The notes beneath the pieces are model-generated. The model had not been told where the DNA came from, did not search any database, and worked only from the letters and a program-made list of their open reading frames with translations. From the NCBI GenBank assembly GCA_963662275.1, contig OY759316.1, positions 2,560,001-2,624,000 of the forward strand: 64,000 nucleotides of DNA, given 5' to 3'. This stretch comes from Candidatus Cloacimonadales bacterium (GTDB lineage Bacteria > Cloacimonadota > Cloacimonadia > Cloacimonadales > DAONDQ01). This document shows positions 9,993-19,380 of the stretch, piece after piece (the first letter of the stretch is position 1; each line of letters begins with the position of its first letter). The translations under genes and the position numbers were made by a program.

Positions 9993-11159
9993 TTAATTAG
10001 CCCTGCACACTCTGAACCCTACATTATGGTAATAATTGGTATCTGCATATGAGTAATTAAACTGATGATATGTGATAGCACAGATTGCAGGTGCATCAGC
10101 ACAACTTCCACCACAAAAAACACGATAATTGCCTGTAGTAGGTCCATGCGGATTTGTCAGCGGTCCTGAAGGATAGTTCGTTGCCCAGATATCCCAACAC
10201 CATTCACAAACATTACCTGTCATATCACATATACTGAGTTCATTCGCTGCTTTCGTTCCAACTACATGAGAATAACTTGTTGCGTTTGTATAATACCATG
10301 CTACGTCACTAATTGTATTGCTTCCGCTGTACGTATAATTATGAGTCAGGTTGCCACCGCGAGCTGCGAACTTCCACTCCATTTCAGTCGGTAAACGATA
10401 ACCATTTGCAGACCAATCACATGAGAAATTTGTGTGATTACTTCCCGTACCCCACCAACCTGATGGCCATGAATTAGGATTTGTACCATAGGTAAGGTAA
10501 CTATAGCAAGGTGTTAAGCCCTCACTCATGCTTCGAAGGTTGCAATAATTGATCGCATTGTACCAAGATACATTATAAACAGGATATGATGCACCGACGC
10601 CATACACTTGAGCTGGATTATTTCCCATGATTGCCTGATAATCACCTTGTGTAGTTTCATATAAGTCCATTTTAAAAGTTGAAATTGTTACATTCGAAGT
10701 TCCATTATTGAATGTTCCACCCGTTACCGTTGCATAGCTAAAAGGCAGGATGGAAATACCCTGTGATCTGACATGATAAAAATGATATGGAACACTCGGT
10801 GTAATTGTCCAACTGATAGTACTGCCAACGGTACTAAAACTGCCAGATGAGGAAATGTCCGTAAAGTCTGAAGAACTCGTAGTATTTGAACCTTCCACAT
10901 GATATCCTGCAGCATTGGCGACAGCAGTCCAGGAAATCTTTAATGTGGCAGCTACTTTTGTAATTGAAACATCGCTGGGTGGGTTCGGTTCGATTCTAGC
11001 AGCATCTGTAAAAAGAACCATTTGTGGAACATCAGTATCCTTTGTTAGATTGTAAGAATCATCATTTGTTTGAGACAAAGTGGGATCATTGGTACCGGTA
11101 ATACAGAATATTCCGCTGACCATAACCATAAGCATACAAACCATAAGTACATTTTTCAC
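9993..11159 (-). CDS. secreted formylglycine-generating-enzyme (SUMF1/FGE-sulfatase) domain protein
   Basis: PVYNVSWYNAINYCN, GYRLPTEMEW, NELSICDMTGNVCEW and GFR motifs; GTG start with GGAGG RBS; signal peptide. Confidence 0.85.
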   Translation of the reverse strand: MKNVLMVCMLMVMVSGIFCITGTNDPTLSQTNDDSYNLTKDTDVPQMVLFTDAARIEPNPPSDVSITKVAATLKISWTAVANAAGYHVEGSNTTSSSDFTDISSSGSFSTVGSTISWTITPSVPYHFYHVRSQGISILPFSYATVTGGTFNNGTSNVTISTFKMDLYETTQGDYQAIMGNNPAQVYGVGASYPVYNVSWYNAINYCNLRSMSEGLTPCYSYLTYGTNPNSWPSGWWGTGSNHTNFSCDWSANGYRLPTEMEWKFAARGGNLTHNYTYSGSNTISDVAWYYTNATSYSHVVGTKAANELSICDMTGNVCEWCWDIWATNYPSGPLTNPHGPTTGNYRVFCGGSCADAPAICAITYHQFNYSYADTNYYHNVGFRVCRAN

Positions 11160-11640
11160 AGTCAACCTCCATTTAATTTGTCTGAACTGCATTCATTAAC
11201 AATGCTATTAATTTGATTTTAATAATATTTGTGTTTATTAAACGTCAAGGATTTATTAATAATCAAATTGTGTAATTTTAAGTGTTTCATAGAAATGCTA
11301 CATGTGAAAAAAAGTGATGCGTACTACATTTTAATCACAAGAAGGTAGCATTGATAATTGATTTCGCAATTTATTCTTAATTTATTATCAATTCCACAAT
11401 TTTATGAGACGTAACAGGACTAATAGCATGTTCGTTTTACAAATAAATCCAATCATTCATTGTAACCTCCCCTATGTTTTACATGCAAATATCCAGGAAC
11501 GATCAAGATAATAATTTATAATAATCAGAATTTATGAAGAAAGTGATTAGATTATTGTATGTAGGAGAAACACAAAAAACTTGCAATAAAAACCATACTT
11601 ACCAATTTAGGAAAATTATATCAATAAGCTGGAGGCAAGT

Positions 11641-11949
11641 ATGTCCGAAAAGGTGGAAAAAGATCGAGTTGGAATGATTATCCACTCGGAAGATTCACCG
11701 GAAAAGATGGAAGTGGAAATCACAGAAGTCAAATCAACCAGTGCAGAAGACTCACCTGTTTTTATTTATTACAACTGGTGTAAGAAGTGTGGAATATGTG
11801 TAGCGTTCTGTCCAACGAAATGTTTAGGACGCAAATCAGATGGTTCTCCCTTTGTAGAATTCCCGGAAAAATGCATTCACTGTGAAACCTGTGATCGTTT
11901 ATGTCCGGATTTTGCCATCACTGGTGCAAAGAAAGAAGGGAGTAAATAA
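11641..11949 (+). CDS. korD: 2x[4Fe-4S] ferredoxin, delta subunit of 2-oxoacid:ferredoxin oxidoreductase
   Basis: CKKCGICVAFCP and CIHCETCDRLCP; translationally coupled to the alpha subunit. Confidence 0.85.
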   Translation: MSEKVEKDRVGMIIHSEDSPEKMEVEITEVKSTSAEDSPVFIYYNWCKKCGICVAFCPTKCLGRKSDGSPFVEFPEKCIHCETCDRLCPDFAITGAKKEGSK

Positions 11950-13118
11950 TGCCAAAAAAACAAGCAGAAATTGTTGAAACCGGACGCAAGACGATTCTTA
12001 TGCAGGGGAATGAAGCTGTTGCACTTGGCGCTTTGGATGCAGGAGTAAATTTCTTCGCAGGTTATCCCATCACCCCTTCAACAGAAATTGCAGAAATCCT
12101 TTCAGAGGAACTACCAAAACGTGGTGGATATTTTATTCAAATGGAAGACGAAATAGCCAGTATCTGTGCTATTATCGGTGCCTCCCTCACGGGAGCCAAA
12201 TCCCTGACAGCCACAAGCGGTCCTGGGTTCTCCCTCATGCAGGAAGGAATTGGTTTTGCCAAAATCACAGAAACACCATGCGTAGTTGTGAATGTTCAGC
12301 GTGTTGGACCCAGCACAGGAATGCCAACGAGTCCTTCCCAGGGGGATATCATGCAGAGCAAATGGGGTTCTCATGGTGATTCACCGGCAATCGTTCTCTA
12401 TCCTGATTCAGTACGTGAATGTTATGAACTATCCATCAGAGCTGTGAATCTTGCAGAAAAATACAGGACATGTGTCATTCTTCTTTTAGATGAAGTCATA
12501 GGTCACATGCGTGAAGCTGTCACTTTACCTGATATTTCCAAGATACGCATTATTAATCGTATTAAACCTACTGTACCTCCAAATTGGTACAAGCATTATG
12601 ATGATAACCAGAAATACCTCTCCCCTCTTGCAAGTTATGGAGAAGGCTATCGATTCCATGTAACAGGTTTAACTCATGACAGCTTAGGTTTTCCAACCAA
12701 TAAAGCAAATGAAGCAGAGGAAATGTCCACTCGTCTTCGTAAGAAAATACAATTGAATATCAGAGACCTTGTGCAGATCGAAGGTCAAAATATGGAAGAT
12801 GCCAAGATTGCTATCTTTGCAGCCGGAATCATGTCCAGGGCTGCCAAGTCTGCTGTTAAGCAAGCTCGTGCAGAAGGTATCAAGGTTGGAGTGCTTAGAC
12901 CATTGACTATTTGGCCTTTCCCTGATGATGCTGTTCGGAAGATGCTTCGGAATGTGGATACAGTCATTGTTCCTGAACTAAATGAAGGTCAATTGATACA
13001 TGAACTGCAGCGTCTGGTGAAAGATAGAGCAGATGGTAAACTCATTCCTATCTCTAAAGTCGATGGAACACTCATCACTCCACAAGATATCCTGAATACC
13101 ATCAGAGAGGTGCAATAA
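11949..13118 (+). CDS. korA: 2-oxoacid:ferredoxin oxidoreductase alpha subunit
   Basis: GNEA, AGYPITPSTE, QMEDEIAS, TATSGPGFSLMQE, QRVGPSTGMPT. Confidence 0.92.
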   Translation: MPKKQAEIVETGRKTILMQGNEAVALGALDAGVNFFAGYPITPSTEIAEILSEELPKRGGYFIQMEDEIASICAIIGASLTGAKSLTATSGPGFSLMQEGIGFAKITETPCVVVNVQRVGPSTGMPTSPSQGDIMQSKWGSHGDSPAIVLYPDSVRECYELSIRAVNLAEKYRTCVILLLDEVIGHMREAVTLPDISKIRIINRIKPTVPPNWYKHYDDNQKYLSPLASYGEGYRFHVTGLTHDSLGFPTNKANEAEEMSTRLRKKIQLNIRDLVQIEGQNMEDAKIAIFAAGIMSRAAKSAVKQARAEGIKVGVLRPLTIWPFPDDAVRKMLRNVDTVIVPELNEGQLIHELQRLVKDRADGKLIPISKVDGTLITPQDILNTIREVQ

Positions 13119-13969
13119 TGGCTAATATTCCACAAAAGATCATCCATAGTTTTCTCAGACACGATAAGAAATTTCCACATGTTTGGTGTGCCGGATGCAG
13201 CAACGGTATCGTCTTAGGCTCAATTATTCGTGCCATCGCCGAATTGGAATTGAATCGTGATGACATCGTTATGGTATCAGGTATTGGCTGTTCCAGTCGT
13301 ATGCCTGTATACGTGGACTTTAATACATTACACAGTCTTCATGGCAGAGCAATAGCTTTTGCCACAGGAATCAAATTCTACAAGCCAAAACTGAAAGTCA
13401 TCGTAATTACCGGTGATGGTGACTGTACCGCTATTGGTGGTAATCATCTTATTCATGCTGCACGCAGGAATATTGATTTAACGGTCATTGTCGTGAATAA
13501 TAATATCTACGGTATGACAGGCGGTCAGTACTCCCCAACCACACCTGAAGGTGCTATTGCCACAACCACTCCTTACGGCAATATTGATCCCGTCTTTGAT
13601 ATCTGTAAACTTGCTGAAGGTGCTGGAGCCTCATTTGTGGCAAGAACAACAGCCTTTCACACAGGAGAAACACAAGCATTAGTGAAACAGGCAATCGAAC
13701 ATCCTGGCTTTGCAATTGTTGAAGTCGTCAGTGCCTGCCCAGTCATTTATGGACGCTTGAATAAGAAAGGTGGAGCTCCTGAAATGATGAAGGCTATGCG
13801 TGATGAATCCATTCCACTCTCTGCTGTGGAAAAACTGCCTAAGGAAAAGACAGAAGGTAAGATATTTCGTGGTATTTTCAAACAGGAAATACGGAATGAA
13901 TATTGTGCTCAATATGCTGCTATGAGCAAACGTGCTCAAAAAACAGAAGGAGGTCCTGATGCCATCTAA
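13118..13969 (+). CDS. korB: 2-oxoacid:ferredoxin oxidoreductase beta subunit (TPP-binding)
   Basis: WCAGCSN, SGIGCS, LHGR, GDGD...NN, YGMTGGQ. Confidence 0.92.
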   Translation: MANIPQKIIHSFLRHDKKFPHVWCAGCSNGIVLGSIIRAIAELELNRDDIVMVSGIGCSSRMPVYVDFNTLHSLHGRAIAFATGIKFYKPKLKVIVITGDGDCTAIGGNHLIHAARRNIDLTVIVVNNNIYGMTGGQYSPTTPEGAIATTTPYGNIDPVFDICKLAEGAGASFVARTTAFHTGETQALVKQAIEHPGFAIVEVVSACPVIYGRLNKKGGAPEMMKAMRDESIPLSAVEKLPKEKTEGKIFRGIFKQEIRNEYCAQYAAMSKRAQKTEGGPDAI

Positions 13970-14513
13970 AGAATTTAAAACAGAAGTTCGCTTAAGCGGA
14001 AGTGGCGGACAGGGTCTGATTCTTGCAGGTATTATTCTTGCCCGGGCAGCAGTACATGAAAAGCTTCGTGTGGCTCAGACCCAGAGTTATGGACCAGAAT
14101 CCCGTGGTGGATATTCACGTGCAGATGTGATTATCAGTAATGTGGAAGTGTTCTTCCCGGAAGCAGTCAATTTCGATATTCTATTATCACTCACCCAGGA
14201 AGCTTGTGATAAATATCTTTATGACCTGAAGGAAAAAGGTACGCTCATTACGGATTCAACATATGTAAAAAATATCTCTGTTACTGATTCCAATACATAT
14301 GAAGTCCCTTTCACTGAAATTGCCATTAACAAGTTAGGTTCTCCAATCACAACGAATATTATCTCCTTGGCTTTCCTCGTCAAAGTGACCAAGATAGTAT
14401 CTGAAAAGGCTCTTGAACAGGCAATTGCTGATTCTGTAAAACCTGCTTTCAGGGATCTGAATTATAAGGCAATGAAGCTTGGCTTCGAACTTGCTGATAA
14501 TTACAAAGCCTAA
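13959..14513 (+). CDS. korC: 2-oxoacid:ferredoxin oxidoreductase gamma subunit
   Basis: GSGGQGL and SYGPESRGG; ATG 13959 with GGAGG RBS. Confidence 0.9.
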   Translation: MPSKEFKTEVRLSGSGGQGLILAGIILARAAVHEKLRVAQTQSYGPESRGGYSRADVIISNVEVFFPEAVNFDILLSLTQEACDKYLYDLKEKGTLITDSTYVKNISVTDSNTYEVPFTEIAINKLGSPITTNIISLAFLVKVTKIVSEKALEQAIADSVKPAFRDLNYKAMKLGFELADNYKA

Positions 14514-14522
14514 GGAGATAAA

Positions 14523-14924
14523 ATGATACAAAAGATCAATCATATTGGTATTGCAGTGAAGAATTTGGATGAAGCTGTCAAATTCTATGAGAGTATTGGA
14601 CTAACCCTGGAAAGCATCGAAGAAATACCTTCTCAAAAAGTAAAAGTGGCATTCTTCAAAATTGGCTGTTCCCGGATTGAATTGCTGATGCCAACATCTG
14701 AAGATAGCCCGATCGCCAAATCCATCGAAAAGAAAGGTGAAGGGATTCATCACCTGGCATTCAGTGTGGATGATATCCATCAGTCTCTAACAGATGCTAA
14801 AACCGCCAATATTCAATTGATAGACCAGGAACCAAGACCAGGTGCTCATGGTTCTGAAATCGCCTTCCTGCATCCGAAATCAACGCTAGGAACACTTATC
14901 GAATTCTGTATGGAAAAACACTAA
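14523..14924 (+). CDS. mce: methylmalonyl-CoA epimerase (VOC family)
   Basis: INHIGIAV, IELL.P, KGEGIHHLAF, AFLHPKST.GTLIE. Confidence 0.9.
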   Translation: MIQKINHIGIAVKNLDEAVKFYESIGLTLESIEEIPSQKVKVAFFKIGCSRIELLMPTSEDSPIAKSIEKKGEGIHHLAFSVDDIHQSLTDAKTANIQLIDQEPRPGAHGSEIAFLHPKSTLGTLIEFCMEKH

Positions 14925-14948
14925 GCAGAAATAAGAATTATAAGTTAC

Positions 14949-14981
14949 AGAAAAGCCCTGAGTTTATCTTGGGGCTTTTCT
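14949..14981 (+). terminator. intrinsic terminator of the kor-mce operon
   Basis: agaaaagccctgag-tttat-cttggggcttttct hairpin. Confidence 0.7.
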
Positions 14982-15056
14982 CAAATATTTTGGATTTTGA
15001 TTCCATTTATTTTCGCAACACTAATACATCCTGCTAACATATGTTTCTGAGGAAAT

Positions 15057-15091
15057 AAAAAAACCGACTCATCTTTTTAGAAGAGTCGGTT
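15057..15091 (-). terminator. intrinsic terminator of the cmk-ispH-rpsA operon
   Basis: aaccgactc...gagtcggtt stem followed by a T-run on the minus strand, just after the stop at 15106. Confidence 0.7.
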
Positions 15092-15105
15092 CTATGTATT
15101 GTAAT

Positions 15106-17534
15106 TTATTCCGTTTCTTTAATTTCTTCTTCTGTTTCTACTATTTCTTCAACGGGTTCAGTAACTTCAGTCTCAACTGTAGCATCAGTTTCAACAACAG
15201 GTTCAATTGCTTCTTCTGCTGCTTCAACAACAGGTTCAGTGACTTCTTCTGCTGCTTCAACAACAGGTTCAGTGACTTCTTCTGCTGCTTCAACAACGGG
15301 TTCTGGTGCTGTTTCTACAACAGGAACTTCCTCAACATCTTCTGTATAACCGTAATGTGAAATGATAGCTTCATGTGCTGCTTTTTCCTCTTCAGTTTCT
15401 TCGACGATGGTGGGGATGACCTTTTCTTTTCTGCTATCTTTGCTTCATGAATATTGATGTATTCATCCTGCAAGCGTTTATCCCTGGAAAAGAAGAATGC
15501 TTTTACAGAAAGGATCAGTCTGCGATTATCCATATCTAATTCAATCACTTTTAAAGGTAATTCTTCACCAAGTTCAAAGGCAAATTCAGGTTTGTCTAAT
15601 TTGGGAATCGCTAAATGAGAGATTGGGACAAATCCTTCTACATTTGCTTCACCAATCGGAACATCAACTAAGACACCTTTGGGGATCAGTTTGCTGATTG
15701 AACCCTTGACTTCTGAATTCAATGGCAGGATGGAATCGAGATCAACCCATGGATCATTATGTAGTTGTTTAACTCCCAGAGCGACACGGTGGAGTGTTTT
15801 ATCCACAGAAAGGACAACTGCTTTGATTTCCTGGTTCTTCCTGAATACTTCCTTGGGGTGATAGATACGTTTAGTCCAGGATATATCAGAAATATGAACC
15901 AATCCATCAATACCGTCTTCAATCTCAACAAAGACGCCAAAGTTAGTGATACTCTTAATCTTGCGAGTAAGAAGAGTTCCTTCAGGATAACGTTCTTCAA
16001 TCGTTAACCACGGATTAGCATCCATCTGTTTCATACCGAGAGAAATCCTGTGATTTTCTTTATCAACGGCAAGAACAATAGCGCTGATGTTTTCGCCAAC
16101 ACGTACAATCTTGCTGGGATTTGTAATTTTCTTTGTCCAGGACATTTCAGATACGTGAACAAGACCTTCAACCCCTGGTTCCAGTTCAATAAAAGCACCG
16201 TATTGAGTTACATTCACAACTTTACCGGTTACTTTATTACCTTCAGGATATTTGATTTCAATATTTTCCCATGGATGTGGTACCAGTTGTTTCAGACCAA
16301 GAGAGACACGACCGTTTTCTTCATCATATCCGATAACCTTGACTTTGACTTTATCGCCTATATTCAGCATTTCAGAAGGATGATTGATCCTGCCCCAAGA
16401 CATATCGGTGATGTGAAGTAAACCATCAACACCACCCAAATCAATGAATGCACCATAGTTAGTAATGTTTTTTACTTCACCATCAAGTTCAGCATCGATC
16501 TGTATCTTTTCCATCAGATTATGTTTTTTTTCGACTTGTTCCTCTTCCAGTACACGCTTACGAGAAACGATGATATTTCTTCTTTCTTCATCTAGTTTAA
16601 TGATTTTAAAGGTACTTTCCTTACCAATGAACTGATCAAGATTAGGAATAGGTTTCAAGGAGATTTGTGAACCGGGCAGAAAAGCTTCCAGTCCAAGGAC
16701 TTCAGCAATCATGCCACCCTTCACTCTGCGACGGAGGATACCGGTCACAGTTTCATTTTTCTTAAACGTTTCACGCATGATAGCAAGATTTGTGAAGAAA
16801 TCAGCTTTTTTCTTGGATAATTTCAATTTACCTTCACCATCTTCGATATCATTAATAAAGACTTTTATTAATGTATTTCTCTCGGGAGTGCCCGAATATG
16901 TAAATTCAGATATGGGGATAGCACCTTCAGATTTAAAACCAATATCAACCAAAACTTCTTTATCTGTAACGCTAATGACAGTACCATCGACAATCTGACC
17001 TGGCTTATAGTTTGAGAAGGTTTCCTCATACAACGCCATCAAATCATCCTGTGCCTTGTCTTTCATGACTTTTGGTTCAGGTTTTTCCTTTTTGACTTTC
17101 GGTGCGGGTTTTTCAGCTTCCATCTTTTCTTCTGCTACAGGTTCCTCAACAACTGGGGAAAGTTCTTCAGTCACATGTGCAGCTTTCTTGGATGCTCTTT
17201 TAGGTTTCACAATTTCATCCGATTCTACCAATAGTGTTTCTTCATTTTGAAGTACCTCTGGTTCCGATTCTACAATCAGTGCTTCTTTAGCTTGTAGTAT
17301 TTCGGGTTCCGGTTCAATAATCGGTGTTTCATCAATTTGCGGTACTTCGGGTTCCGGTTCAATAATCGGTGTTTCATCAATTTGTGGTACTTCGGGTTCC
17401 GGTTCTACAACCGATTCCACTACCTCTTCCATACTTTCTTCAATAGGAGTGGCAGTTTCGATGACCTGTTCTTCTTGCTTGATTTCTTCCTGTGAAGTCT
17501 CTTGCAATGTGACGTCGTTTTCATTTGCTAACAT
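15106..17534 (-). CDS. rpsA: 30S ribosomal protein S1 with long acidic N- and C-terminal extensions; -1 frameshift near 15425 (0-frame stop at 15315)
   Basis: Six S1 repeats (e.g. YGAFIDLGGVDGLLHITDMSW); ATG 17534 with GGAGG RBS; the -1 frame continues EKVIPTIVEETEEE...EETE-rich to TAA at 15106-15108, followed by a terminator. Confidence 0.9.
15210..15300. repeat. 33-bp tandem coding repeat (VVEAAEEVTEP) in the rpsA acidic tail
   Basis: ttcttctgctgcttcaacaacaggttcagtgac repeated nearly 3 times without spacers. Confidence 0.85.
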
Positions 17535-18417
17535 GATTTTCCTCCTTATACACGGGAATATCTTCGACATTGTTTGCCAGATTTTTTTCCCCAACTAACT
17601 CTATAATTCGATTATAGATTTCAATGATCAACCAATCAGGAGTAGATGCACCGGCTGTTATACCCATGCGTTTACAATTGCGAAGCCAATCCTGATCGAT
17701 CTCTTCCGGAATTTCAATGTGATGCGTTTCAGCATATTCACTGCTGATCCGAGCCAGCATTTTTGTATTAGAGCTGTTTTTGCCACCGATAACGATCATA
17801 AGATCGCTATCCTTTGCCAGTTGACGTGTAGAGTTCTGTCTGATCTCAGTGGCATTACATATAGTATTGAAAACACGTACCTCGGTATATCTTGGCAGTA
17901 AGGACATAACCAGCTTTTGCAGTTTTTCAATATTCTGCGTAGTCTGTGAGATCACTCCAATCTTTGGTCCACCAGTTTCTAGGAATTCTGAAGCTTCAGA
18001 AACCACGAAGGCAATTCCCTTCACATAAGAACGAACTGCGATAATCTCAGGATGTTCAGCATTCCCCAAGATCAGAACCGGATAACCTTCCTCACTCAGT
18101 TGCCTGCCAAGTAGTTGAGTTTTAGCGACATAAGGACAAGTAGCATCAATCAGAATATGTCCCGCTTCTTCCAAAGAATCCTTTTCTAAAAGCGGTATAC
18201 CATGAGACCTGATGATTGCCTTACGATTGCCTATCTTATCAATGCACTCTGCAACCTTAATTCCTTTCTCACATAACTTTTCCACCATCTGGGGATTGTG
18301 AATGAGCGGACCTAGGGTAACAATCTCAGTATCACCTTCTGCTGCTGATAATGCTATTTGGATGGCTCGTTTCACACCAAAGCAAAAACCGGAATTCCTA
18401 GCTAAACGTATAATCAT
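17521..18417 (-). CDS. ispH: 4-hydroxy-3-methylbut-2-enyl diphosphate reductase
   Basis: GFCFGVKRA, LIHN, IRSHG, DATCPYV, TICNAT, SSNT, TAGASTP; overlaps the rpsA start. Confidence 0.95.
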   Translation of the reverse strand: MIIRLARNSGFCFGVKRAIQIALSAAEGDTEIVTLGPLIHNPQMVEKLCEKGIKVAECIDKIGNRKAIIRSHGIPLLEKDSLEEAGHILIDATCPYVAKTQLLGRQLSEEGYPVLILGNAEHPEIIAVRSYVKGIAFVVSEASEFLETGGPKIGVISQTTQNIEKLQKLVMSLLPRYTEVRVFNTICNATEIRQNSTRQLAKDSDLMIVIGGKNSSNTKMLARISSEYAETHHIEIPEEIDQDWLRNCKRMGITAGASTPDWLIIEIYNRIIELVGEKNLANNVEDIPVYKEENHVSK

Positions 18418-18554
18418 TTTCAAAGATCACAATGAACAGAATGCATCATGGAAAACAAGAATAATTCACAAGCTGGATATTCCATGAAACCATCCGTATG
18501 ATATTGTAGTAATTTTTATTCCCAATATCATACATAATAAAAAATATAGCATAT

Positions 18555-19241
18555 TTAACCACAACTATTTTCAATGACTTGCAGAATTTGTACAACCTGC
18601 TGTTCTATCGACAAATTCGATGTATCGATTTCCACAGCATCCTCAGCTTTTCGCAGAGGTGCCAGGGCTCTCTCACTATCGTTTTTATCACGCCAGATGA
18701 GTTCCTTTTCTACCTTCCCTAGTTCCAGGTCTTCACCTTTTTCCTGCGCTTCTAACCATCGTCTCCGGGCACGAGTATGAACATCTGCAATTACAAAGAA
18801 CTTAAAATCTGCATTCGGAAACACAATTGTTCCAATATCGCGTCCATCCATGACAATGCCACCTTCCTGTCCCATACGGCGCTGCAATTCTACCATCTTA
18901 TCCCTGACTATGCCAATTTGGGAAATTGTAGAAGAAAGAGATGTTATGTCTGCTTCACGAATTCGTTCAGTAACATCTTTACCATTCAGGATTAAGCAGT
19001 TACCTTTCGGATGATAAACAATTCGGATATCAATACCTTCCATCATTTCCTGAAGTGCTCTGATATCATTGAGAGAGATCTGCTCTTCAAGAGCTTTAAG
19101 GGCACATGCGCGATACATGGCACCCGTATCAATATACACGATATGAAGCTTCTGTGCCAGAAGTTTCGCAGTTGTGCTTTTGCCAGAGGCAGCAGGACCA
19201 TCTATAGCAATAATCAAATTCTTTTTTATATCATTTATCAT
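18555..19241 (-). CDS. cmk: cytidylate kinase
   Basis: IAIDGPAASGKST, DTGAMYR, DGRDIGT.VFP. Confidence 0.95.
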   Translation of the reverse strand: MINDIKKNLIIAIDGPAASGKSTTAKLLAQKLHIVYIDTGAMYRACALKALEEQISLNDIRALQEMMEGIDIRIVYHPKGNCLILNGKDVTERIREADITSLSSTISQIGIVRDKMVELQRRMGQEGGIVMDGRDIGTIVFPNADFKFFVIADVHTRARRRWLEAQEKGEDLELGKVEKELIWRDKNDSERALAPLRKAEDAVEIDTSNLSIEQQVVQILQVIENSCG

Positions 19242-19380
19242 AGTAACCTTTACTTGTTTTTTCGATAAATAAGTCAAATCTTTTTTTAGATATTTCATAT
19301 AATTGAGATATTTAAATAATTTCTGTCATAAATTACTCAGCAGAAGAGCAGAAAAAAAAGCATCAATTGACAATAAAAAG

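Noticed and set aside
9900..11159. Complete diversity-generating retroelement
   Set aside because: No reverse transcriptase, Avd or template repeat seen in the window.
15210..15300. 33-bp repeats as a possible CRISPR array
   Set aside because: Head-to-tail with no spacers, period is a multiple of 3 within coding sequence, and no cas genes.
15094..15360. 88-aa + strand Phe/Cys/Asn-rich ORF with repeats
   Set aside because: Antisense shadow of the Glu-rich rpsA tail (GAA codons read as TTC).
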